A stretch of 64,000 nucleotides of DNA from Eledone cirrhosa (Eukaryota): the NCBI GenBank assembly GCA_964016885.1, contig OZ024743.1, forward strand, positions 123,070,001 to 123,134,000, written 5' to 3'. Below, in pieces: positions 28,580 through 41,904 of the stretch; within the stretch, counting starts at the first letter, position 1, and each line of letters opens with the position of its first letter. Below the pieces are notes generated by a model. It did no database searches. It was not told where the DNA came from and was given only the letters and a program-made list of their open reading frames with translations. The position numbers and the translations under genes were made by a program.

Positions 28580-29106
28580 ACAGGTCACTCTCGAGTGCTA
28601 CTGGTAACATGTAACCCAGAACAACCTGTCTCATGGTCGGGTCGTCGTCGGCGACTAAACTGGCAACTCCACCAAGCCTGCTTGGTGAGGAGGGTGATAT
28701 TTGGACATCCTGAGGGATAAAATACAAGACCCGGTGAAGGGCAGAGGAACTCAGCAGAGTCAACGACCATCCAAATAGTACTTTTTTTTTTTTTTTTTAC
28801 CTGGGAGTGAAAAGCCTCCAGTTGTTGTCACAACACCTTTCTAGGAGAGGGAAACTCTGAAAAAAACCTGCGGCTTCGGAAGCATCCGATGATGTTGACC
28901 AGTTCTCCTTTTCGGCTAGTGTTTTTGATACTTAGAGAGTGGGAATGGTCGAGTGCACTTAAAAAAACTTTCAAAGCACAGGCATTGCTTTTTCAGGTTA
29001 TAGTACAGATTCGTGTGGCTGGCCGTAGATTAAAAGTGCACCGTTTTCTGTAATCTGACAAGCTATTGCAATACTCTGAGCAGAGTTTGCAGCCATCATG
29101 TATATG
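28580..29106 (+). mobile_element. Non-autonomous RTE derivative, diverged copy 2 in tandem
   Basis: Alignable to copy 1 over the 5' ~400 nt and at the gagtt(g/t)gcagcca.catgta end. Confidence 0.7.
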
Positions 29107-29564
29107 GGTATCCAAACGGAGAAAGTAGAAGTAACAATAGTCATTCTCTAAAAATAGCTTGAGAAAATCTGGTAAGTATCCCTATTGTCGGAAAAATGTA
29201 CCTGCAGCCACTACAGAGAATAGAGTTCCGTTAGTCAATATGCTATGTGTTCGCGGACAATAAATTCTTTCAAGTTGATATTCTAAACAGTTTACGTATA
29301 GAGCCAGAAATAAACCAATCTTATAAATTATCGAAACATTTAAATTTGACGAAATTACTTTCAGCTGGCTGGATATATATATCTCCATCTTGTCGATTAT
29401 CAGGATACAATGGTGGTTGTGGTGCAATCGTAGATTCTTAATTCAGAAAATATTTCTTCAGGGTTTAATATAAAATTAGAAATTGCCTTTGTAGGAATCA
29501 GCCTTTAAAAGATATAAACAAAAAATAACTGAAGCAATTTGTTAATGAAAAAGTTGAAAAATAA

Positions 29565-29733
29565 TAATTGTTTCTACTTTTGGCACAAGGCCAGCAATTA
29601 CCCAGTACATTACTGGTACTTTATTTTATCGACCGCGTAAGGATGAAAGGCAAAGTTAACCTCGGCGGGATTTGAACTCAGACCGTAAAGGGACGTAACT
29701 ATGCTGGAAAGCATGGCGTCCGACTCTCTACTG
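29565..29733 (-). mobile_element. SINE family 1 copy
   Basis: Reverse complement of the family 1 sequence. Confidence 0.85.
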
Positions 29734-29994
29734 ATTACATTTAATAAAACTTTACCACATAATCTAGATATCATTTACTCGCGTGTATACCTGTATCCCC
29801 AAAGCAGATAAATCAGTATGTCATGCAATAAGCATGATAAATCAGTATGTACCAAACAGAATGATACTGTATAAGGAAAGTCAGACTATTAAAAAAAACC
29901 GTGATAATCAAAACCCTGTGTGACAAAATAATTAATGTAAAATCTGTACTTGGAATATATTAAAATAGAACATATATATATATATATATGTAAA

Positions 29995-30273
<279 letters not shown>

Positions 30274-30444
30274 AAAACTATAAAATATACAAGAACTATG
30301 GAATGTGTGAAATGTGTTGGTGTATTTTAAATGATTATGTAATATAATAGAATATAATAAAATATATTGCTAGTAGATTAAGAAAACAAATGTATGGTGA
30401 AACACGTATAGTGAAACGTGTTTAGGTAAACATTCTTTTAGTTA

Positions 30445-30790
30445 GGACGTAGCATGACCGAATGGTTTTAAAAGTTTGTTTCGCGGTCATGAGGTCTTGC
30501 GTTTGGTCCCACTGCGTGACATCTTCAGCAATTGTCATTTGCCATAGCTTCGGTTCGATCTATGCTTTTTGAATGAAATTAGGTAGACGGAAACTGTTTA
30601 GAAGCCCTCAAATAGACTGTACCTGTAATTCAAAGGGCCAGTCTTGTCACAAAATATCATGCAGAATGTCCTTGAGAATTATATTAAGTCTATAAGTGAC
30701 TGTGGAATTATCAGCCATTTACACATAAATTTCATGAGCAGACTGTTACATCGATTGAACTGCTGGAACACTCATCGTTAAAACTGACGA
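30445..30790 (+). mobile_element. SINE family 2 head joined to a SINE family 3 3' part
   Basis: tRNA-like head through gtagacggaaactg..gaagccc, then sequence matching the reverse complement of 46180-46350. Confidence 0.6.
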
Positions 30791-33700
30791 AGATTCATTG
30801 CATGCGTTACATATCAAGCACCGTGGTGTATCTTCACGAATTAAATATTGTTCAAACTTAGCGTAAGTAATTTATGTTAATTAAAAAGTTGGGTTATGAT
30901 ATATTTTTTCATACATTTTTTTTCATACATTTTTTTCAAAAAGTATGTGTATATTGTTGATAAAATATTACTTTTTTGAACGATAATCCATTCGAAATTT
31001 TTTAAAGATTCGGGAATTCTGAATATTTGTGAAGTAGTTGCAGGTTGCAAGATAAATTTCCAAGGCATTCGGAGATGCCAAGCATCTTATTTTTCATTTG
31101 TGTTGCTTAAATCATGTATCATTTATTTTTAAATTATCGATATCGTTTGACAACTTCGAGTCAGCTTTTTTTTAAAAAATTATATCCTGATTTCTAAAGA
31201 TATCTGAATGTAGATGAAAACAAGTTTTCAGTGAATTAAAATTGTTAAAGCGATACAATGTACTGATGTTAAACATCTTTTGGCTTTGTATTTGCCTTCT
31301 ATTGGATAAATGTAGGCGTTTGTACGAATATAGTTGGGCTTATTAAGATAAATATACTGTGCTTTTAATTCAGACTTGGTGAGAGTTCGCTCCTATGAGT
31401 GAAAACCTATATATACATGAATAGGAGATATCATTATTATTAAAATATTAATATAAATGATCAGATTCTAGATTTAATCGATGTTATTGCATTTTTCCTG
31501 TGTATCCGTCATTGTGTTTTATCTTTCACCAACTCACATATATATACCGATGTTGTACTTGCCTGGCAAGTTTCATGCTGAGTAAAACTATATAGGTCTA
31601 AAGAATACCTTATCAAGTCATGAAGCTTGAAGTAATTCAAGTTAATAATTCAAGTTAATAAATGTTAATATATATATATAGAGAGAGAGAGAGAAAGAAA
31701 GAGGTGGAGAAACATCTTTTTTAAAATTATTTATTTTTAAATTTAATTAATTTATTTACAGTTTATTTCGAACTGTACAGTTCTCACAACTATTAAATTA
31801 TCAATGTCTTCAAGGGCATTTCTTTTTTCTAAAATATTTTGTTTTGGTGTGATTTAGTGCTATTTTATAAGTGAAATGAACAGTAGGATCAATTGTTTAT
31901 TTGTAGTATCAATACTGCTGATACGCATTTATTTACCGTTGGCCTTTTTATTGCTGCCTCAGGAAGTGATTTTTGGTTGTAACTAATTTATGTTAAGTGT
32001 ATGTTTGTATAAGGATTGCGCTATACTACTAATAATTTCATTCACTCTCAAATACAATGTTCTTCATTGCACACCTATTTTCGTATGAATTTCAACCTGT
32101 ATGTATATATACTCATACATTCACATATACACACGCAAACCTGTTTATTTTAAAATATAATATTGATTTCCAAACTCGCGTTCAAGAGCTGGAATTTTGG
32201 GGTCGGGTTATATTTACTTTTGTTATTTCATTGATAGTAATGTGGGGATTTGAACCAAGAAAACATGCTCTAGACTACAGCCAAAAAGAGAAGTTTTACG
32301 TAATCATGCGAATTGCAAGAATTCGCAGCCAAAACGTCCTCAAATGCCATCGTATTCTCTTTTATGGAGAAAGAACACATTAGAGAATGTTCTAGATATT
32401 CTTTCAAGAACAAAGGGGATATTTAGAGCAGGATAGGCCTTCATTTTAAATATGGACAATCCGAGTTGGTCTGGAAATAAACAACAACTAAATATTCAAT
32501 CATTTCACCTAACACTCTATCAATTTTGCCAATCCATTACTTTTCTATGGATATGTAGTTTTTCAAATATTTAAGTAATACATTTTGTAGTTAGGCAACA
32601 TTCAATTTATTGAAGCCATCAAATCTGTTTGTCAACTCAAAAGCAACACAGATTAGACAAATGAAGCAATATCATTTATAGAAAACGTATTTCATGTGAT
32701 GTTCTTGTAAGTAAATTAAACAGCTAAATAGAATCAATTAATTAAAATTCCCTATGTCTAAAAGTATGAGGAGGTCGTCTATTATATATAACGTCCTAAT
32801 AAATTCATATTCATTTTATTATCACTTATTTCATAACTACTTATTTCATTATTAGTTATTTAGTGTAACACTATGTTTCCCAATATCACTGTAGTTATTA
32901 TGGCTCAAAATAAACTGACTTGAGGCAAGATGTGTGCCTACTCAAAGGCGTCAATTTCATTTCTGTCTTTCCAGGGAAGGATGCCGAAGCTATCCAGGAT
33001 CATTTTCTGCCATTTATAGTTGCATTTATTTATCATACATTCAGCTTCAACTGATAGCTTGGTGACATTTATATGACAATCATTCCATAATCAAATCTAT
33101 AATTATAACCTGCTCTACCTAGCACCGAAAACTACACCTGTAAACCATATTATTCTATTTCTGTCTGACTGGTCAATTATTCATTACAAACTATCTTAAC
33201 TTCGCTTTATTTTAATTGGTTTCGCGTAAATAAATGTGTTTCAGAATATGGTTGGTATACGAGCTGCCAGCAGTCTCTATGTCTATAAGGAGGTGGTTTC
33301 ACCAAAGTGTTATCACCTTTTTCTCATATGCATACACTTCTACTTCTGCTGCTTGAGGCTATTCATTATCTTTCTAAATTGATGTAATAACAATATTAAT
33401 ATATTAAAAGCATATAGTAAGAAATACATGCAACTCTTGGAAGACAATTAAAATATTTCAGCTACATGTTAGGGTGGCGTGTGCCGTAGTTATGCTCCTA
33501 TTGAATCGAATTGACTAATTTCAATTCTAATTGAATCCATTTCATTTAACTGACACCAATATCATTGAGCATAATATACGTATCTGATATTGCCCACTCT
33601 GTTTCAAGTAATGCAGAAACCAATGATAAATTTTAGGAAATATGAAGGATATCGAAAACGATTTGAAACATGCATGTGTAATGTTCAGAAGGAAGAATGT

Positions 33701-34632
33701 ATCAATAGAAATCGATAGGTTGAGGTTATTTCATACATTTTTCTGATGACAGATTATATGAATCTCTCATTACAAAAATTGAACAGGTACCAACCAGAGA
33801 ATTCTCGCCGCCACGTGTGATTCAGCTGTTCAACATTGGGTCTTTTTTTCTTCCATAACATTTGGTTTCTCTTCGTACCAGGATAACCTAATGTTCTCAT
33901 TATTTACATTTATTTCAGAAAGATTTGCTAAAATTTATACATAATATGTAGTGTCACTAAACATATATCTATTTTCATTTACCTGAGTTAAGAGAGCTAG
34001 ACGTACGTACGGTCTTCCTGCTTTCAACAGGAAATGATCTCAAATGAAATTTCAGACATACATAAAATTTAAAAGTTACACTGAGATTTTCTTACACTCC
34101 TCTTATCGAATTTCATAAACTGGCTATCTTTCTTATCTATTAGATGCAGACGATAGATTTCAGCTATTCGGGATTTTGCTTATCACTGTAAAGACTTTGA
34201 ACGCTGTATGATAAAAACCTAACATTTTAATTTATTTCCTTAAAATGAAATCATTTGCCAACACCAATTCCTTAATAATTGCGATGTTAATAAAAGGTAT
34301 ACGTGAAATCCTCAATTAAAATATCATCTTTGATCAAACTATTTTTAAACGGCTTGCAAATGATGTAACATTAGAAATGAAGACTTATGAAAGTATTATG
34401 ATGCCGATATTGAGATGAATTCCAACATTTAACTGCCTAATGTACACACATGACTAATGAGAGGAATATCAGATTTTTCCACTTAATACACGAAGGTACA
34501 CACTGATACATAATCTACAAGTATATGATATATGTGAGACGACTTGTCTTTAGCTGCATAAGGTCGTAAATCGTATCCTGCTGGTCGGGATGATTTCTTG
34601 GCTTTCCCATAAAAATGTACGTTAAACAGACA

Positions 34633-34790
<158 letters not shown>

Positions 34791-34892
34791 TACACACACG
34801 CACATACTTACACACATCTATCTATGTGTTAGTGAGTGCGCGAATGTGTCCATCAGAATGTGCAATATATAAACATTTATATATATTTGTAA

Positions 34893-34947
<55 letters not shown>

Positions 34948-34954
34948 CGCGTGC

Positions 34955-34987
<33 letters not shown>

Positions 34988-35431
34988 CGTGTGTGTGTGT
35001 GTGTGTGTGTATGTGTGTGTGTGTGTCTGTGCGTGGTTGTATCAGTGTGTGTGAATGTATATCGAAAGATATAAATATCCAGGGAGAAAACACGTGAAAA
35101 CGAATAAGGATGAAATGAAGACGTATTTGCTGATATACTCTGTCAACGGAAATTGGTTTGTTTTCTTAATATTCTTACTTTTGTAGAATCCACCTAGTGT
35201 CAGTTCGCTATATTTATTTCCTATATATCTCATTCCTCTATATTCTGATTTCCTCTTAGTCTCGCCCCTTCTCTTACTCCTTTCAGCTTTACATCATGTT
35301 TATAACAAATGGTACATTTTATTATATCTGATACTCTAATTTCCTCTATGAAGTCCAATAACAGACGAAACTAAATGGAAGGAACAACTTTACTGATATG
35401 CAAAGGGAGAACCACCAGGCAAGATACATAT

Positions 35432-35463
<32 letters not shown>

Positions 35464-35464
35464 G

Positions 35465-35512
<48 letters not shown>

Positions 35513-35518
35513 ATATGG

Positions 35519-35700
35519 ACTGTACCCCTTGATAAGTTCAGCTAGATTCCCACTTTTCCAATACTGGGAGCTTAGTTCGGATCTAGCTGTCGAAACGGCT
35601 GGAGTTCAGCCGTCGGCGTCTTGAATCTTTTCATATTACCGCAAGTATCGAGTACTCTGGTGTGTTATGTTCCACCTGGTAACTTACCACACCCTCTCTG

Positions 35701-35703
<3 letters not shown>
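35519..35703 (+). mobile_element. Family C complete pLTR end: decayed HHR with long stem II plus tail
   Basis: acccc TTGATAA gttcagctagat...atctagctgtc GAAAC ggctg-gagtt-cagcc GTC ggcgt, then tail. Between (TA)n runs. Confidence 0.7.
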
Positions 35704-35795
<92 letters not shown>

Positions 35796-35804
35796 GTATA
35801 TATA

Positions 35805-35873
<69 letters not shown>

Positions 35874-35925
35874 GTGTGTGTTTGTGTATGAATATATATA
35901 TATCTGTATGTGTGTGTGTGTATGC

Positions 35926-35961
<36 letters not shown>

Positions 35962-36246
35962 ATGTATATATATGTATATATATATATATATGTATATATA
36001 TATGTGTATATATATGTGTATGTATATATATATTATTCAAAATGTTAACAAGCACGTACTGAAAAAACAACACAGTACCTTTGAAATATATATAATAAAG
36101 TATATATTTTGATCATGAGAATATTTTTCATTTGTTAACATTTTGAATAATATTAAAAACTCCAGTAAAACTTCATTATTGAGTGCTTCTAATCTATTGT
36201 AAAATTGTATTCGTTAAGTAATCAACAAACCATACTAATCTTTGTT

Positions 36247-36285
<39 letters not shown>

Positions 36286-36334
36286 GTATGTATATATATA
36301 TATATATATGTGTGTATGTGTGTGTGCGTGTGTG

Positions 36335-36501
<167 letters not shown>

Positions 36502-36542
36502 AGCGAGGAACCACCAAATACAGAGTAATGAAAGATTGTAAT

Positions 36543-36639
36543 CTCAAATATATAACAATTATTATAAAATTAAGAAATTATAAATTTTGGGGGATTAAAC
36601 TAATTTTTCCTGGAGTTTGCAAATCCCACTGTAAGTATT

Positions 36640-36687
<48 letters not shown>

Positions 36688-37492
36688 TGATGAAGGACTA
36701 TTTTTATCATATGTAACCCATGTGCAACCACGCAGTATTCTTTCTTCTCATGTTTTTTATATATATTTTCCCCAGCTGCGTTTGTCTGTTTCTCTCTTAC
36801 TGCTTCCCCCCTCTCTCTGTTTCTCTCACCTTCTTTCGCCCCTCTGTCAGTTACACTTTCTCTCAACTGGCCTCTTCCTCGCACTTCCACTCACTCACTC
36901 TCTGCTTCTCCCCTTCTCACTTCCTCCCGTTTGGCTTGTAGTGGGGTCTTTTCCTGCTCACACCTCACTCGCGTCGGACGGTCTGTAGTCTCTCGCCCAT
37001 GAAATCCACACAGCTAAAGCTGATCGTACTCCCATGTGCTTGTTTTTTCCTATCTTTGCGTTGCTATCCTTCTATGTTTGTTTACTTGTCTCGCTCGCTT
37101 TACGCGATTTACTTGTCCCAATAGCTTTATTTAGCTATCGCTCGCACCAACTGGAGGTATATGATTTTTAAAGCGATGTAATACCAATGAAGGTTGGAAA
37201 ATCACTGATGAAGGACTATTTTTATCATATGTAACCCATGTGCAACCACGCAGTATTCTTTCTTCTCATGTTTTATATATATATATATATATTTGCTTTT
37301 TTCTCATTTTTTTCCATTCCTACCTCTTCCCATTCATTATATTTTACACCTCATTCTATCTTCAAATGAAGGACTAATATATCTATATATGTATAAATAC
37401 TTACAGTGGGATTTGCAAACTCCAGGAAAAATTAGTTTAATCCCCCCAAATTTATAATTTCTTAATTTTATAATAATTGTTATATATTTGAG
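36543..37492. repeat. ~105-bp inverted arms (36543-36650 / 37386-37492) enclosing the family A insertion
   Basis: ctcaaatatataacaatt...cccactgtaagtatt recurs as its reverse complement. Confidence 0.85.
36684..37275 (+). mobile_element. Family A element with ~72-bp direct terminal repeats; body homologous to 54295-54705
   Basis: atcactgatgaaggactatttttatcatatgtaacccatgtgcaaccacgcagtattctttcttctcatgtttt occurs at 36683 and 37201. Confidence 0.8.
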
Positions 37493-37605
37493 TTTGAATT
37501 ATTTTCCCATATCTTACGTTAACTATTTTTCCATTTTGACGCTATAGTCACTTATATATTATGGAATACTGTTGGCTTCTTGCTACAATAATTTCTATAC
37601 TTTTC

Positions 37606-37644
<39 letters not shown>

Positions 37645-37731
37645 TAACAGATTAAAGTTTAAATATATATATATATATACACATAGTAATAATAAATGTT
37701 AAAACTAAAATCCAAAGAGGGCTCGATAAGG

Positions 37732-37787
<56 letters not shown>

Positions 37788-37795
<8 letters not shown>

Positions 37796-38306
37796 CGTAT
37801 TTAAGAAAGCCACAACAATGCAAAGGGAAATCTCGAGGTAGGAAGTGAAATATAGATAGGAAAAACAGGTGAAAGTGAAAGTTGAGAGAGACAAAGATGA
37901 AAACAAAACAAAGGTAGAAGGGTTACCGTAGTAGAGATTTTAATCCCAATATTTCGGGCTCACGCCCATCAACGGGGGAAAAGTTCCAAAAGGGGGGAAA
38001 AACAGGCCAAGCGGAGAAAGTGGTGATGTCGTTAAGACAGGAATGCCGCATTCCTGTCTTAACGACATCACCACTTTCTCCGCTTGGCCTGTTTTTCCCC
38101 CCTTTTGGAACTTTTCCCCCGTTGATGGGCGTGAGCCCGAAATATTGGGATTAAAATCTCTACTACGGTAACCCTTCTACCTTTGTTTTGTTTTCATCTT
38201 TGTCTCTCTCAACTTTCACTTTCACCTGTTTTTCCTATCTATATTTCACTTCCTACCTCGAGATTTCCCTTTGCATTGTTGTGGCTTTCTTAAATACGTA
38301 TTTTTA
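37788..38306. repeat. Perfect palindrome: 259-bp arms, 1-nt spacer at 38047, HHR-like motif in each arm
   Basis: Arms identical by eye. HHR-like motif tccc CCGTTGA t gggc-gtga-gccc GAAA ta TT ggga at 38115-38150. Confidence 0.95.
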
Positions 38307-38532
38307 CACATTTCACAATGCTTCAAGCAAACTTTAACACCCTCTTATATATATATATATATATATATTTCCAGGGAGTGCAACTTGGAGTTACTTTGGT
38401 TCACCCGGGTGAGCATTCGATGTTTAGGTTCACTTCAGTGTCGAGGTGTAGAGCTAGAAGCTAGACAGAGTGTATTATAGTGAAATAAGATAACAAGGAC
38501 GATTGGTTACTCCATCATTACGTTTATTGGTT

Positions 38533-38617
38533 GGTGACGCGCGTTTCGCCACTGATAAGTTCAAGGTTCGATCTGTGTCGATCTAACCCGACTCTGTAAT
38601 CGGCGGCTCGTCAGACC
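38533..38617 (-). ncRNA. Type I hammerhead ribozyme motif, intact core (family D, element ~38371-38625)
   Basis: ggt CTGACGA gccgccgat...atcagtggc GAAAC gcgc GTC acc, followed by AATAAA. Confidence 0.85.
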
Positions 38618-39117
38618 CCTTGTAATGTTAATGGAAACATTAATACATGCTGTATGATAAAGTCAGAAATTCCTATGGTGGTCAGTAAAGCTTGTTTTGA
38701 TTGGTGGATTAATTCATAGGGATGTTTATGCCTGTAGTGTATGTGGGGGTGGGTGGTGGTGCCGGTCGCAGGTTGAAGTGGGAGGTGATGTGGGGGTGCT
38801 GATTGTCGGTAGACAGCTTGGCATGTAGATGTAGCTGATTTTTTGTGTGAGGGTGGGTGTGGTGTTGTTGTTTGTGGTAAGGATGAAAGGTTGCGGTGTT
38901 TATGGTGGGATGGTGATTGTGGTCGTGGGTTGTTAAGGGGCTCAATTCCACAAGGAGTTACATATATAGACACACGTAGTCTGGCAAATACATATGTATA
39001 TAGCCAGTGGGGATGGCGGTTGTACAAACATACTTACACACAGACACACACACACACGTGCGTTGTTTAGGGAGGGACGATAGGCGTGGTATGTGTTGGT
39101 GGTGTTGATGGTTGTGG

Positions 39118-39525
39118 AGGTATGGCGATGTGCTTGGTGGTGTTGATGGTGACGGGTGCGACATGATATTTACAGGATCGAATTTTACGATGGATTACAG
39201 GTTAAAAAGTGACAGAGGGAACACGGAGAAAACAAAGGTACTGAAATGAGGGGTGGTGGATGTATGGCGATGTGTTTGGTGGTGGTGATGATGGGGGGGG
39301 GGGATTTGTTCGACATGATATTTACAGGATCGTATGTTACGATGTGTTACAAGTTAAAACCTGACAGAGAAAACACATAGAACACAATGCTACTGAGATG
39401 AGGGATGTATGGCGGTGTGTTTGGTGGTGGTGGTGGTGGTGGTGATGGGGGCGACATGATATTTACAAGATTTGATCTTACAATGGGTTGCATGCTAGAG
39501 AAGACAAAGGTACTGAGATGAGGGA
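39118..39525. repeat. Three diverged ~130-145 bp tandem repeats
   Basis: gtatggcg.tgtg.ttggtggtg...cgacatgatatttaca...tactga.atgaggg, three times. Confidence 0.8.
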
Positions 39526-39583
39526 CGGTGTGGCAAAGCAAAGATGGTTACCCCTATGTTGAGTCAGGGTCAGTGGCTGGCCC

Positions 39584-39745
39584 TCAGCCGAATGTTTGTG
39601 CAGAGAAGGTGGTCATCCTGGTGTCTCTGCAGTTTATTATTATGTCTGATCTTGAGTTTATGGCCGATTTCAATTTAATGATCTCAGCCGCCTCGACCAG
39701 GCATAACCTGCAGTGGTTTCTGTCATTGGGGAGTTGGGCCACGCG
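39584..39745 (-). mobile_element. PLE GIY-YIG C-terminal fragment
   Basis: CRLCLVEAAEII...INSRSDIIINCRD matches the PLE C.LCL.EK..I...LN.RSE...CRH ending. Confidence 0.7.
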
Positions 39746-39760
39746 TCTTTTAACTAATAT

Positions 39761-39840
<80 letters not shown>

Positions 39841-39843
<3 letters not shown>

Positions 39844-40261
39844 GGAAAAATTTGAACAGGAACAAAACAGAGAGGCAGTACAACGAATGTTTATTAATTT
39901 CACGCTCTGGAGAGTGGGGTGGTGGTGGGGAACGTCGTTTCGGGCATAAGCCCTTCCTCAGGTGAGAAGTGTGTGGGAACAGAGTTCAAAGGGTGTGTAG
40001 GGGAGTGGTGGAGAGACATATAGCGAAAGGAAACGGTGCGAATGAAATTAAAAATAAAAGTAAAAATAAAGCATGATCAAAATACAAGGAATGAAATAAA
40101 ATTAAATATAAAAGCATGATCAAAATAAACTGAAATTAAAAAGGGGTAAAACAGATGGTGGAAGGGTGTGGGGTGTGTAGGGGTGGTGGCGGATGGAGTG
40201 GGGAGAGGGAGACGGGGTGTCCGAGCGGGGAGGGCTGCAGGTGGTGTGTCTGTGTAGGTGT

Positions 40262-40300
<39 letters not shown>

Positions 40301-41545
40301 TAAGGGTTGGAGGAAGAACGGGGTTGCATGTTCAGGAAGAGGTGTGTGTGTGTGGGGGGGAGGGTTGTAGGTCGGAGTGACTGTGCGTGTGTGGATAGAG
40401 GGGTGGGGGGGGGGAGAGGAATCAGGAGGCTGAGGGTGTAAATATGTGGTGGAAAGCACGTGTGTGTGTGGGGTTTAAGCGTGTTGTGGGTGTTGTGTGT
40501 GTGGGTGAGTTATATAGGTGATTCCGTAAGAGGATGGTTGAAATGTTGGTAAAATTCTATGATGTTTAGTGCATTCTGTGGTGGTCAAGTTCCACATACG
40601 AGTATTCCATGAAGAGATGGTCGGAAGAGGAGAGATGTGGGGTGCGCGCGCAACAGGAAGTGGTCAAGCGGTGGGAGTGCTGTGTGTCTGTTTGTGCTGG
40701 GAGGTGGTCAGTGGGCATAGCAGCAGTCGGTGGAATGGTAAAGGGGCGAGGATGGGTAGGTGTGAAAGTTGGAGTGAGGTTGGTGTGTCTGTGTATTAGT
40801 AGAGGTGTTAGTGGGATGAGTGAGTGTGGAGCGAGGGTGTGGGTGGAGCGGTGAGAGAAGGGTGTGTGTAGTTCTATGGAGGGAGTGTGGTGTACTGGTG
40901 TGTGTGTAGTTTGATGAAGGGGGTGTTAGTGGGTGTTAGTATACGGGAGGTGGGGAAGGGTTGAATGCAGGTGTGAGTGGGGGTTAGTGGTGGTAGGGTG
41001 TGTAGAGTTGGTGGTGTACGAGGGTGTGTGGGTACGTGTGCGTGGGGTTGGGGGATGTTAGTGATGTTAGTTGCGTGTGGGGTAGGTGGTGTAAGTGGGT
41101 GCGTGTGTTCGTGTGCTTGGGGTCAGGGGGTGTTAGTGAGGTTAGTTGCGGGGTGGTGGGATGGAGGTGTGGCGGTGAGGGTTAGTGGTGGTAGTAGGGT
41201 GTGTGTTTAGTGTGAGCGCGTGTATATATGTGTGCCGGTGGGTGTGTGCGTGTGATAAGGAGGGGGGAGGAGGAGAAGAAGGGAGGGATGTTAGTATGTT
41301 AGTTGGGGAAGGGTGGTCGGATGAGGGGTGGAGTGGAGGTGTTAGTATTGTTAGTTGTGGGGTGGGCGGTGAAAAGGAGGGGTGTGTTAGTGGTGTTAGT
41401 GGGGGATAAGTGTGGGGGGGAGGGGGGCGGTCGAAGGCTAAAGGAATAAGGGTGGGGAGTTCAAGCCGGGGGGAGTGTGGGTCTGTAAGATGAAGATAGT
41501 TCGACTCTAAGGCGATTGGCGGGTGTTCCGTGGCATTGGAGTAGG
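39841..41545 (-). mobile_element. Probable PLE derivative: C/A-rich low-complexity body, HHR core and family B tail
   Basis: CTGAGGA agggc-ttat-gccc GAAAC gac GTT at ~39929-39961. Tail shared with 49435-49525 and 59088-59172. Bounded by (TA)n. Confidence 0.5.
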
Positions 41546-41590
<45 letters not shown>

Positions 41591-41674
41591 AATTTTCTTT
41601 GGGTAGTCAATAAGAAAATTCAACTGATAAGGTATGTTTCCTTGGGTATGTCAAAATTTATAAAACACACTTTG

Positions 41675-41735
41675 TATTTTATCTGATGAAAGCGTACCAA
41701 AGTTTTTGTACTCTTGAAATATATATAATAGAATA
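41675..41735 (+). ncRNA. Type I hammerhead ribozyme motif (family G)
   Basis: tattttat CTGATGA aagcgtac...gtactctt GAAA tatata TA atagaata. 8-bp stem I. Confidence 0.8.
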
Positions 41736-41863
41736 AATATTGTTTTATAAATATAGTTTCCATTTATTTAATATCATTGAAACTTGTCGAGTGCTCTGTA
41801 TCAGTTATAAACATTTATATTTGTTGAATTTCCAAGAAATTAAATATCCCTTCTACTTATATA

Positions 41864-41902
<39 letters not shown>

Positions 41903-41904
41903 GT

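Noticed and set aside
31000-34600. Possible host exons in the repeat-poor stretch
   Set aside because: No convincing ORF with splice sites or recognisable domain. Short exons cannot be excluded without RNA-seq.
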